A stretch of 64,000 nucleotides of DNA from Somniosus microcephalus. Its lineage: Eukaryota. This document shows, piece by piece, positions 51,914-63,449 of this stretch (position 1 is its first letter; each line of letters begins with the position of its first letter). Both the position numbers and the translations under genes were made by a program. Below the pieces are notes generated by a model. It made no database searches and was not told the DNA's origin. It saw nothing but the letters and a program-made list of their open reading frames with translations. The stretch is taken from NCBI GenBank assembly GCA_052327205.1, contig CM126212.1, forward strand, positions 205,902,001 to 205,966,000, written 5' to 3'.

Positions 51914-52771
51914 GGCCGTGATTTTCAGTGTTGGGATGGGTGCGAGTCAGCTGGTTTCTGGGTTCCAGTCCCGCCTCCAGCTGCCTCCGCTTCTCAGACA
52001 TGATTTTCCCTTGCTTGGCCTGGTTAAGCCCGCCTTACCAGCCAATTAACAGGAAGTGGGTGTGATGACGTCATGTGATGACGCATCATCTGCCAGTTTC
52101 CTTAAAGGGACCACGCACAATTTTATTTTGACAGTTGATTTCTCAGTGTTTGACAGCATTGAGGTGCTGAAAACACTGAAAATCACTGCACAAAGTTGAA
52201 CTCTTGCATCCAGGCTCTCCAATGACTCCCTCCATATGCTGGAATAGATGGCAGCTACAGGTGAGATGACAGAAGAGATCTGTCACTGGTGAGAGAGGTT
52301 TTCCCAATGAGCTGGCACTGAACATATAGTTGGATTTAAAAACTTGTAAGCTAAAGAAATCTGTATATGTTTTAAAAATGCAGTAACCAACATTTTCTTA
52401 CCTCTGAAACTCACTATGTGCAACATTGCATCCTTCACACCACTTCTGCAGCTGTCATCTTTACACAAACATTACAGCAGACTCTCAACACGCCACACTT
52501 ACCTGGCATGCTGTCCGGACGTCGTGAAACCTGACCCAGAAGTGGGATAATCAAAAAACAGGCTGAAAACTACTGACGAGTACCTATTAATAGGCAGTTA
52601 ATTGCCTTTAATCCTTTTCCCGCCGCTAGTGTTGGGTCTATTCGCAAATCGGGGACCCGACACTTGGGAAGGTTGTTTGGAGGCGGGTTGACGACAGGTT
52701 TGGGACCTGCCGTCAATCAAAAGGACTTTAATCTCTGACCCGCCTCTCTGAGTGCCGGCAAAATCGCGGCT
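51914..52771. mobile_element. PIF/Harbinger-type non-autonomous element
   Basis: TAA target duplication. TIRs GGCCGTGATTTT / AAAATCGCGGCT. Confidence 0.8.
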
Positions 52772-52949
52772 TAAATGTGTATTGATGAAGTCCATCATTT
52801 TAAGGGTTACCCATTTATCTCTGCTGCAGTGAATGATTGGGCCAGTCACACTCCCAGGTTACCTCTTGGGTTGTGGCCATTAAGATATTTACCAAACTGG
52901 GTTCTCAGAGAACCTGACCAGATAGGTTTCAGACTTCTCCAGACATTAT

Positions 52950-53216
52950 GGGGCGATTTTAACCCTACTCGCTCAGCAGAAATCTGGCAGGTGGGCAGTT
53001 AAAATCGCCCTGGCTCTTACCTGTCCAAAAACCGCCATGATCGCAACATCTGCAATTTTAACCTGCTCTCCTGAGCAGGCAGCAAGGTAACACGCCCAGA
53101 GCCAACAGGGTCCTTCCTTACATATGCATGTTGCGGCCCAGTTACATCATTGAGACCCAACTGTAATTTTAACCCCGGCCTGAGCAGGGAATCCACCTGG
53201 ATTTAAAATTGGGGCC
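52950..53216. mobile_element. PIF/Harbinger-type MITE
   Basis: TAT target duplication. TIRs GGGGCGATTTTAA / TTAAAATTGGGGCC. Confidence 0.75.
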
Positions 53217-53219
53217 TAT

Positions 53220-54610
53220 GGCTTGGATATTCGACTGCCATATTGGGCCAGTAATTCCTGTCCCAACGCGTGAGTACGGTCGGGGTACTCACGCGTCTGG
53301 CCGGAGGAAATGCCGGTTTTCAGCATGCACAGCGCATGCGGGGAAAACCGGCATTTCCTGCCCTCTAAACGAAGGGGTTCAGAGGCAGAACGTGCACGAC
53401 TGCACAGGCAGCGAGTGCGCAGTAAAATTCCTTTTTTTTTTCAAAGTTGCGCGCGTGTAAAGGCCTTCGGTCTTTACGCGTGGAAAAAGAAGACGTAAGT
53501 ATTTAGTTTTTCAGGTAAGTGGGCTTTTAGTACAATGTAGAATTTTTTTTCCCACAGGTTTGTTATTTTTAAAGAATTTACAGGATGGTAAGTTTAGTTT
53601 TAGACCCTATTTTTTTTTAATTTATTTTTTTCAAAAAATTGATTAATTGTTTAAAACATTTTTAAAAACTTATTTATAGTTATTATAATCAGTGGGATGT
53701 TTTTTAAAATTTTATTTAAAGTTAAAGTAGTGTTTTGGCAGCCCATACTTTTCATGAGTTTGACAGCTCTTACTGTCAAACTCATGAATGAGTTTCCCCT
53801 CCCCTGATTGGCTGCACAGTGCTCACCTGATCCCAGCCGGCACATCGCACTAACTACGCCGCTGGATTAGGTTAGCACAGCGCGCCGACAGCTGAACCGG
53901 GCCTGTGAAAGGAAATGCAAGCAGGCCCGGGCTTCAGATGTTGGCGCGCAGTGTGAGTGCAGATCGGGGGCTTGCACGCGCGACAAGCCCCCGATCTAAT
54001 TTCAGGGCCATTGATGTAGGCAAAAAAAGGGCAATCAGGACCCATGCCTGAAACGGGTATTAAGACCGTTGCATATTCAAATAAGAGGCCTAATGTCTGT
54101 TCGAGGCCCCCTCTGCAATATTGGGTTTCCCATAATGCAGCTGGCACTGGGCTGGCTGTGTTCAGGAAAACAAGGTTTACATTCGGCCTAACGCTGTAGG
54201 CCACAATGAACAAGGTAAATGTTTAAAATATACTTACCTTAATGCGGAGTACTCCTGCTCCTCCTAACCCCACATTAAAATCATGCAGGCCATTGCCAGC
54301 CACCACTCCCCCCACCCCCCTCCTGATTGCCACACAACTAACCTCCCGTTCCCGGCCTCTTCCCCCCCCCCCGATCACCACCGACCGTTACCCAGCCTTC
54401 CCAATCAACACTACCCTCCTTCTCGGCCATTCCTACCCTCCCTCCCAATAGTCCCCCTTCCCAGTCCTCTTTAAGGACTTACCTGAGGGCCTCTGCTGGT
54501 GTTACAGCAGCCCGAGATTTGAGTCCTCTTCTCTGGCAGGATGCCCAGTAGGTGTCCATAGCTTGCCAGCTCAATGATGATGAAACCCAATATTACGTAT
54601 GCCTTGGGCC
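53220..54610. mobile_element. Harbinger-like element abutting the previous MITE and hosting a nested MITE
   Basis: Starts GGCTTGGATATT right after TAT and ends GGGCC|TAT. The TIR match is weak, so the right boundary is tentative. Confidence 0.45.
53245..54009. mobile_element. Nested PIF/Harbinger-type MITE
   Basis: ATT target duplication. Ends GGGCCAGTAATT / AATTTCAGGGCC. AT-rich core and a perfect 16-bp hairpin at 53751-53788. Confidence 0.75.
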
Positions 54611-55050
54611 TATCCATTCAGGTTCTGGGATTGAATTTCTAGGATTATCTTGGATAATATTGGCTAGAGAAGCCCTAACAAAATTTTGATTGTAGGATGT
54701 CCAGAACCATCTCAAAATATTCATGACAAGCAATGTGTTTTTTTTTAAACTACTCTAAGGCCTTGGGATTGATGATACCTTCCACATCAGACAATCCAGA
54801 TGAAAGGCTTTTCGCAACTCCCTTACAGCTCAATATATTGGCATAGTTGTCTCCCAACCATGTAGTCCGAGTGGATAGTGCCTTTGCAGAAATTTATAGT
54901 AGTGGCAGTCTTGTAGCATTTTCTTCACCCTGACCATTACTACCAATACAAGCTCATAAAATAGAGAACTCCTCTGTACCATCCATGGCATTTGAGCAAG
55001 ATATAAAACCAGTGTGTTCTCCTGTTGACAGACAATGTAACTTTGGCCTG

Positions 55051-57620
55051 TTATAGAATCATAGAATAGTACAGCACAGAAGGAGGCCATTCAGCCCATC
55101 GAGTCTGCTCCAGCTCTCTCGAAGACTATTCCAGTTAGTCCCACTCCCCCTGCTCTTTCCCCATATCTCTGCAATTATTTCTCCTTCAAGTATTTATCCA
55201 ACTGCCTTTGGAAGGCAACTATTAAATCTGTATCCACCACCCTATCAGGCAGTACATTCATATCCTAACCACTCGTTGCATAAAAAAGTTTTTCCTCATG
55301 TCGCCTTTAGTTCTTTTGCTAATCACCTTAAATCTGTGCCCTCTGGTTATCGACCCTTCAGCCATTGGAAACAGTTTCTCTTTATTTACTCGATCTAAAC
55401 CCTTCATGATTTTGAACACCTCTATCTAATCTCCTCTTAGCCTTCTCTGCTCCAAGGAGAACAACTCCAGCTTCTCCAGTCTATCCACGTAACTATAATC
55501 CCTCATCCCTTGGACCTTTCTAGTAAATCTCCTCTGCACCCTCTCCAAAGCTTTCACATCCTTCCTAAAGTGTGGTGCCCAGAATTGGACACAATACTCC
55601 AGCTGGGGCCGAACTAGTGTTTTATATAGGTTTAGCATAACTTCTTGGCTTTTGTACTCTATGGGCAGGATTTTCATTGGGCCGTGGAGTCGGGATTGGA
55701 GGCGTGTGGGGGGTTAAAATTCCGAAATCAGGGGTCCCGACCCCACCCCGCACCCAACCCGCCTGCATGCCAGTTTCAAAGGAGGCGGGTACCTGCCCTG
55801 CACTGGGACCCGCCTACCCGAGGCAGGAAGGGATTAATGCCAATTAACTGCCTGTTAACAGGTAGTTAACAGGCAGTTTTTAGCTTAATCCCTATTTTTA
55901 ATGCTGAAGCGTGGGATTCCCGACGGCTCCAAACCACGCCAAGTTTGCGAGGTGGGCTGTCGGGTTGAAGGACTTGGAGGGGTCGAGATGTCGGTGTTCA
56001 GGTGAATGATGTGTGCATGAGTGCAAAGGTAAGTGTGTTTGGTGTGTCTAAAGTGTTTAAAGAAGTTTAAATGACCTTTTCTTGCCTTTTCAGCCTTCCT
56101 TTAGGTCTCAGGAGTCCCTCATCTCACCGGCACAGAAAGCAGAATGGCTGCGAACTGTCAAAAGTGACAGCCTTCAGCTTTCTGTGCAGGAGAGATTTCT
56201 AACTGAGCCTGTGGAGAAGGACTCAGGTTAGAAGTAAGACGGTCAGTGTTTGACAGCTTCAAACAGCTGTGAAACGCTGATATTTCATCTGTCAAAACCT
56301 CTTGACAGATGAAATTTCAGTCTGTGACGTCACCTGTTGTCGGGTGGCCCTTAATTGGCCTGCTGAGCCCACTGGGCGGGCTCAACAAGGTCAATCAAGT
56401 TAAAATCACGTGGATTGGCCACATCTCGATGGAGGCGGGACTACAACCCCGAAAGTTGTAGTCCCGCCTCCTACCCGGCGGGAATGAAAATCCAGCCCTA
56501 TGCCTCTGTTTATAAAGCCCAGGATCCCAAATGCTTTCTTAACTGCTTTGTTATCCTGTCCTGCCACCTTTAAAGATTTGTGCACAAGCACCCCCAGGTC
56601 TTGCACCCCCTTTAAAATTGTACCATTCAGCATGTATTGTCTCTCTTACCAAAATATATTACCTTACACTTTTCTGCATTGAATTTCATGTCATTCCTCA
56701 GGCTGTCTATGTCCTCTTGAAGTCAATTACTATCTTCCTTATTGTTTACTGCACTTCCAAGTTTCGTGTCATCTGCAAATTTCAAAATTGTGCCAAACCC
56801 AAGTCATTAATGTATATCAAAACAGCAGTTGTCCTAGTACTGAACCTTGAGGAATGCCACTGTATACTTCCCTCCAGTTCAAAAACAGCTATGCACCACA
56901 ACTCTGTTTTCTATCCCTTATCCCAATTTTGTATCCATGCTGCGACTGCCCTTTTTATACCAAGGGCTTCAATTTTGCTAATCAACCTAATGTGTGGCAC
57001 TTTATCAAACACCTTTTGAAAGTCCATATACACATCAGCTGCATTGCCCTCAAAAAACTCAATCATGTTAGTCAAACACGATTTGCCCTTAACATATTTG
57101 TGCTGGCTCTCCTTTATTAGTCTAATGCTTGTCAAAGTGGCTGTTAATTTTCTCCTGGATTATTGTTTCTAAAAGCTTCGCCACCACTGACGTTAAACTG
57201 ACTGGCCTGTAATTGCCAGGTTTATCCTTCTCCCCTTTTTTGAACAAGGGTGTAGCATTTGCAATCCTCCAATCCTTTGGCAACACTCCTGTATCTGAGG
57301 AGGATTGGAAGATTGTGGCAATCACCTCTGCAATTTCTACCCTTACTTCCCTCAGTAACCTAGGATGCATCCCATTCGGACTGGGTGACTTAGCCACTTT
57401 AATTACCACCAGCCTGTCTAGTACCTCCTCTTTATCTATTTTTATCCCATCCAGTATCCCAGCAACCTCCTTGTTTACCATAGCTTTGGCAATGTCCTCT
57501 TCCTTGGTAAATGCTGATGCAAAGTACTCATTTAGTGCCTCAGCCATGCCTTCACCAATAGTTCTCCATTTTGGTCCCTAATTGGCTCCACCACTCCTCC
57601 GACAACCCTTTTACTGTTAA
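55051..57620 (-). mobile_element. CR1-clade LINE, 5'-truncated and decayed, interrupted by a MITE
   Basis: ORF pieces AEALNEYFASAFT, NYRPVSLTSVV, KSCLTN, DFQKVFDKVPH and RPQLEYCVQFW. ATTCTATG-type tail at about 55052. Confidence 0.92.
55663..56498. mobile_element. PIF/Harbinger-type MITE inside CR1 ORF2
   Basis: TAT target duplication. TIRs GGGCAGGATTTTCATT / AATGAAAATCCAGCCC (15/16 match). Removing it rejoins the CR1 peptide FINRGI-EYKS. Confidence 0.92.
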
Positions 57621-57935
57621 ATATTAATGTTATATCAACAAGGAGAATGGGGGGAGTGGCATACGCTCTGGGAAATGGGATATGTTTTGGAAATAGGTTA
57701 TTGGTGCGAAAGCACATGCTTATGTTGATTGCCTCTCCAGTTAATGTAATATGGCAGCAGGAATATGATCCTTCCCCACAATTAGCCCTGTCATAAGGAA
57801 ATTACCTCCATGATCTCTGACAAATGAAACTAATCCTCATGGTGTCTGAGCAAAAAACAGGTTTCAGACTTGCTGGCGATTCTATGTGAGAAATTGTTGT
57901 TGGTTTGCTATTTGGGCTCTAACTGTGGGTTACTA

Positions 57936-58259
57936 CAGGAAACTTTCGATTTACCGGCACCTAAATAACCGGAAATCTCGGTTAACCGGCAAAATTCAGG
58001 AGTAGGTTCAGGTAACTTTTATTACTTGCCTTCCTCCATCTGTTGGCTGTGCAAGGGTGTGGCTGCAGCTGTTGCTAAGCTACCGAGACGCTTGCAACTT
58101 GTGGCCATTGTTCTGAACCTGTTGCTAAGCAACAGGGTTTGTTGCTTTATACGGAGCTCTCAGCTCTGTATCTTTTACTATAGCTTTCGGTTATCCGGAA
58201 TTTTTGATGAACCGGCACCACGTCGGTCCCGTCCGTGCCGGATAAAAAAAAGTTTCCTG
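57936..58259. mobile_element. Tc1/mariner-type MITE, copy 5
   Basis: TA|CAGGAAACTTT...AAAGTTTCCTG|TA; 324 bp. Confidence 0.85.
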
Positions 58260-58689
58260 TAACAGTTTCTGGGAGTAGTTACTCTTGCTGGATTACATAC
58301 AATTTTGCTGTTTTGAGTCTGTGGGCTATAATCTGACATACGTTTGCTCCCAGTCCACTATTGATTTTAAAATTCTCATCCTCATATTCAAATCCCTCCA
58401 TGGTTTTGCACTCCCTATCTCTGTGACCTCCTCCAGCCCTACAACCCTCTGCTTCAAGATACCTGTGGTATGTTTGATAATTCTAGTGTAGCATAGAGTT
58501 TATTGCACAAAGGCTCTGCTTCTGTCTATGACTAATGTGTAGACGTCATAAGCCACAACTGCATAAGGTAACCCTGGTACCTCCTTTCAACTTTTCATTA
58601 TCCTTCAAGGTTGGCACAATGAATAGCCTTAAAATGAAGGCACCCCAAGCTTCTGGGGAAACAGACATTGAGATTTTAAAAAATCCATT

Positions 58690-59072
58690 TCAACAACAAC
58701 TTGGGAGTTAAAGCGCATCTTTAACGTAGTAAAACATCACAAGGCACCTCACAGGGGTGTTACCAGACAAAATTTGACACCGAGCAACATAAGGAGATAT
58801 TAGGGCAGGTGACCAAAAGCTTGATCCGAGGTAGGTTTTAAGGAGCGTCAAAGGAAGAGAGGTAGAGAGGCGGAGAGGTTTAGGAAGGGATTTCCAGAGC
58901 TTAGGGTCTAGCAGCTGAAGGCACGGCCACCAATGGTGGGATGAAGGAAATCGAGAATGTACAAAATGCCAGAATTGGAGGAACGCAGAGATCTCAAGAG
59001 GGTTGTGGGGCTGGAGGAGGTTACAGAGATGGGAGGGGCAAGGCCACGGAGGAGTTTGAAAACAAGGATAAG
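58690..59072 (-). mobile_element. L2 LINE 3' tail fragment
   Basis: Reverse complement of the tail seen at 22870-23110 and 40760-41090. Confidence 0.78.
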
Positions 59073-59658
59073 CGCTTAGTGGCATTTATTCAAATTTTAT
59101 AATTATTTTTGACGGAAAATAACAAATAGCTTTTTAAAAAGTTAATTATTTCAGTTTCTTAAAAGAGGATCTTGATTATATAAAAACAGAATACAATTTT
59201 AATTTGCAATTTTTTGCTGGAATTCTACTACTGTGTCACCAACTGATCATTTTATTCTAAAAATATAAAGATGAACTATAATGGCTGTGGTCTAGAAAAT
59301 GTGCTGTAATTGTTTTATTCTCTCCTTTTATAGAGTTATTTATTCTCAAGTCAGCCACTATTTCCCATCTTCAAGACAGGCATCCAGACAACTTGGCTGC
59401 TATCAATACTACTCTGTAACTGAATGCAAAGAGGTGCCCAAGAGAGTCTTGCCTGCCAATTTTCCCTCCGTTCCAGTGGGAAACTGTCTGTTTTTGTTCC
59501 ATGCCTTCCTTGAAGGCCCAATTGGGACTAGAAACTTGTGTAGGGATTTGCAGGCATGAAGCCATGTTTTACCACTTCATGTTACAGTGGTTTCGTGTAT
59601 GAATTTGTTGTGCCATTTGTTCTGTGGGCTTTTTTACAGCAATATACAAATTTTGTTT

Positions 59659-60310
59659 AACATAGAACCATATAAGTTTACAGCACAGGAGGGGGCCATT
59701 TAGCCCATCCTATGTGCATGATCTTTGCTAAACCCATCTCAAACTAAGCCCACTGCCCTACTCGCTCCCCATAGCCTTGTATCTTTCCGTACTTCAAATA
59801 TTTATTCAATTTTCCCATAAAAAATGCAATGGTCTCTGCCTCAACCACTCCCTGTGGAAACGCACACTATGTTCCAACAACTCTGTGAAGAAAAAAAATC
59901 TCATCTCATCTCTCCTTACTCCGTTAGTAATAATTTTAAATTCTTGACCCTTTGTCACTGACTCCCCAGCCAGAAGAAATAATATTTTCTTATTAACTCT
60001 ATCAAAACTTTTAATTTAAAAACCTCTATTAAATGTCCTCTTAGTCTTTTCTGCTCCACTGGAAATAACCCCAGCTCTCAAGTCTCCCCTCATTACTATA
60101 GTTTCCCATCCCTGGCATCATCCTGTGAGTTATCTATGACTTTAATGTCCTTCTCATAATGGGCCACCTAAACTGCACACAGTGGCGTAACCAATGCTTT
60201 GTATAAATTCATCATTACTACATTATGCTTGTACTTTATGCTCCTATATATAACACCCACATTTCTATTGTCCTTTTTTTATAGCTTTATCTTCCTGCAC
60301 TCGCACCTTT
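59659..60310 (-). mobile_element. Older CR1 3' fragment
   Basis: CATAGAACCAT...ACAGCACAGGAGGGGGCCATTTAGCCCATC, collinear with 55051-55660. Confidence 0.75.
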
Positions 60311-62295
60311 GCAGAAAAATATATTTAAACTGTTCATCTCTGTCCTTATAGAATTGGAACTCCACAGCAAGACTCCTTAAATGCTATCAAGTTTCAGTGA
60401 CATTGACTCTCTACACTTCATGTGGAGTGGTGACCAGCGGTCTAATCATTATGGGTTATCATATTTGTCCATAAAAATAAACCAGGATCAGTCACATTAA
60501 TTTTACTCCTACTTTCTTTTCTAATAATCCAGCTTGATGACAAGATCTGTCTTTCATCCACCTATGCTAGTGGGAAGTATTGCTACATGTGTTTAGAAAC
60601 TATGGGAAAGTTTTTGCACTCTGTGGCAGAAACTCTTTGGGACTTGATTGAAAACATTCTCTAGAACAAACACAACATGGAGGTCTATGCAATATCTGAC
60701 TCCACACCACAAAGAATGAGCTGAGAGAGTCTTACCTACTCTGCCATTTTCTCTGGTCAATGGGAAGTGTCCAGGACATGAGGCAATGTTTGGCTATTCT
60801 GAAGGTGTATCAACCATACAGTCATCTAGATATTCGTAAGCTTTTAAGCCATTACATTTTTGCGGTAGTTATTTTCTACACCAAAACATTTCCATAAAAA
60901 TACTAACTCAAAAAAACTTTGGTGCCTGCAGAGTGGCAAAAGAGAGCAGCAGGCCTACATTGGATTGAAAGCCTTGACTAATTTTGATAAGATTATAGTT
61001 ATACGGTCTGTTGTAGCTTATTACAATGCTCTTCATGTGCAGTTATATTTTCTAATACTGTAACTTGGTTTCAAATTATTCAAAACCTCTGCATCTGTAA
61101 TATTACTAAATGGTATTATTTAAAAAAAATCTGTCCCATTAGTCTGAAGAAAGAAAGCAAATGATGAGGCCATATGATTTTCACTATCAGATCAATGGAA
61201 GGGTCATGAATAAGTAAAATTAGACCACTCCTTTCCACCAGAAATGAGATGTACTGCTTCCGTGAAACTAATGGCTAAAAATTCCAATGTGCCTGTTCAT
61301 AGCATGACACGGTAGTGGATGTTGTCCCGAATATCACCCTTAATACAGTCAAATCAGCATTTTTGTGGTCTTCCTCTTGGTCTTGATCCCTCTATGTGAG
61401 AGTGCATAATAATCTTTGCCAATCTGATATCACTCATTCTGTTTACATGTCAGAAATATATGGCATCTTTCAGTGATTCATTCCACTACTGTTTTGTTCC
61501 GTTGACATTTCTTTAATATTGTGCTGTGGATCCTACAAATACCTGGAATGGCATTACCTTGGAAGTGACGTTGTAACCTAGATACAGTGATACAGAACAG
61601 TAGGCCGTTAGAAACAAATCAGCAACAAGAAAGCATTTTGAATTGCAAAACAGTGAAACTTTTTTTGAAAAGCTTTCAGCAATGCAACATTTACATTTTA
61701 ATTATTGAGGAATAGTATCATTGTGGGAAGTCAGCCAAGGCAACTTAATCGCTGCTCTTCTCAATTTATTTCTTCCCACACCATTTAGCCTGTGGCTGGA
61801 TGATGCTAATGTATATTCAAAATACTAGAATTAGAATTATTATGTATGGATCAAAAATAGCCAGGTTAACTGAAAATAGCAGCTATTTTATTTGGTTAAA
61901 ACAAGAAGAAAAATCAAATTTTGGGAATTGCCTCCAGATTTTAGTTCTCCATGTAGTGAACTTTTAGTAGCGCTGTTTTTGAAGTAGCAAATATTTTGGA
62001 TGGCTGTCAGCTACAAACTCAATTACTCAAAGACTGATGACATGATCTTTGCCCAGAGCACCCTGAGACAAATGTAAGGTGCTTGACAGAAAAGGGTTTT
62101 TAGGTACTTTGGCATAACAGTAATACCCAGACTCCCAGCTGTTTATAACCAAATGAAATGAAGTGGAGTAGCCTCCTCATCTCACAGATAGGATTATTAT
62201 ACTTCCTCATCTTCTCCACCTATTCCAAATGCTACCCCATCTGCTTCCTAGCACAGCAATTCCAGAACTCAATAAATATTTGTCCAGAAGCAACA

Positions 62296-62400
62296 TACGG
62301 CAGATGCTGGAAATCTGAAATAAAAACAGAAAATGCTGGAAACACCTCAGCAGCTGTGGAGAAAGAAACGGTTAATGTTTCAAGTCGATGACCTGACATC
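62296..62400 (-). mobile_element. Penelope-derived fragment, degenerate
   Basis: GATGCTGGAAATCTGAAATAAAAACAGAAAATGCTGGAAA...GTTAATGTTTCAAGTCGATGACC. Confidence 0.65.
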
Positions 62401-63449
62401 AGAATATTTGTCCAGATTGCTCTGTAAAGGGAGGCAGCTAAAGATATGCTTAACATGGCTTTAAGTCCCCAATAAGAAAGACAGATCGAGTCTCCTGAAA
62501 CGCAGATGTTTGTGCTGGGCTGCGCAGCTCTAGAGACCCATTGCGAGAAAAGCTATGACTGGCCATGAAGACGAGGGCCGATCGAGGTAGGCTTAATTTT
62601 ATTTTAAACTTGTCGTATACAGGGTTCCTCGCTGTAAAGTCCCTGAATACATTTACTTCAAATAGCAGACAGCGTGTGCAGTGGGCGAGCTGAAGTGACC
62701 ACCTTGTGGTCAGCCACTAAGAATTTCAGTTTCTTTCGAGACTGAGTGAGTGCATCTGTGTCCTCCCCTACACTAGTGACTTCCAATGGATTAGTTTGTG
62801 ACTCCAGTTCGTCCACATCACTCTCTGCTAACTCCAAAGTTACGGCAGATGAGCAGAAAGACCCCCATGGATAATCACCCCCCCTTATAACCTTAAAACA
62901 TCAGGGAGATGTTCTATGTGTAACTAGTTAATCCATGGCTAATTTCGCTTGATTCCAAGTCCTATTATATACGCATATAACACTCCACTGGGAATAACAT
63001 AAAACATAGTTTACCTGCTCATAAGGAAGCTCTTTCTAATTCATTCATGACATTATTACTTGTGAGTTTTTGGATTTACCTAAACAGACTGGGTACTTGG
63101 CTTATTTCTCATGATTTCCAGGATTCAGATTTTTCATTGCTTCTGAATATTTCTCTGTCCCTATTATGCATCCTCTAGCTGAGTGAGGTATACATGTTTT
63201 TCTAGTCAGCAAAATGATTCACCTTCAAGTTCTGTATTTGATCTCTTTCTATGTGTATCTACCTGTTACTTCAATCAGTTGGACACTATACCAATGAGAC
63301 TTCTGTTTAAACAGAGCATTGGCTCAGTCACTTAATTACCTATACAAGTTTAGACTTGGTTTCTGCTTTATCGGCACAATTCTCTGCTAAAATTGCAATA
63401 ACTGCTATTACTGCATTAACAGTAATACTAAGGCTTTACGTATTTTTGT

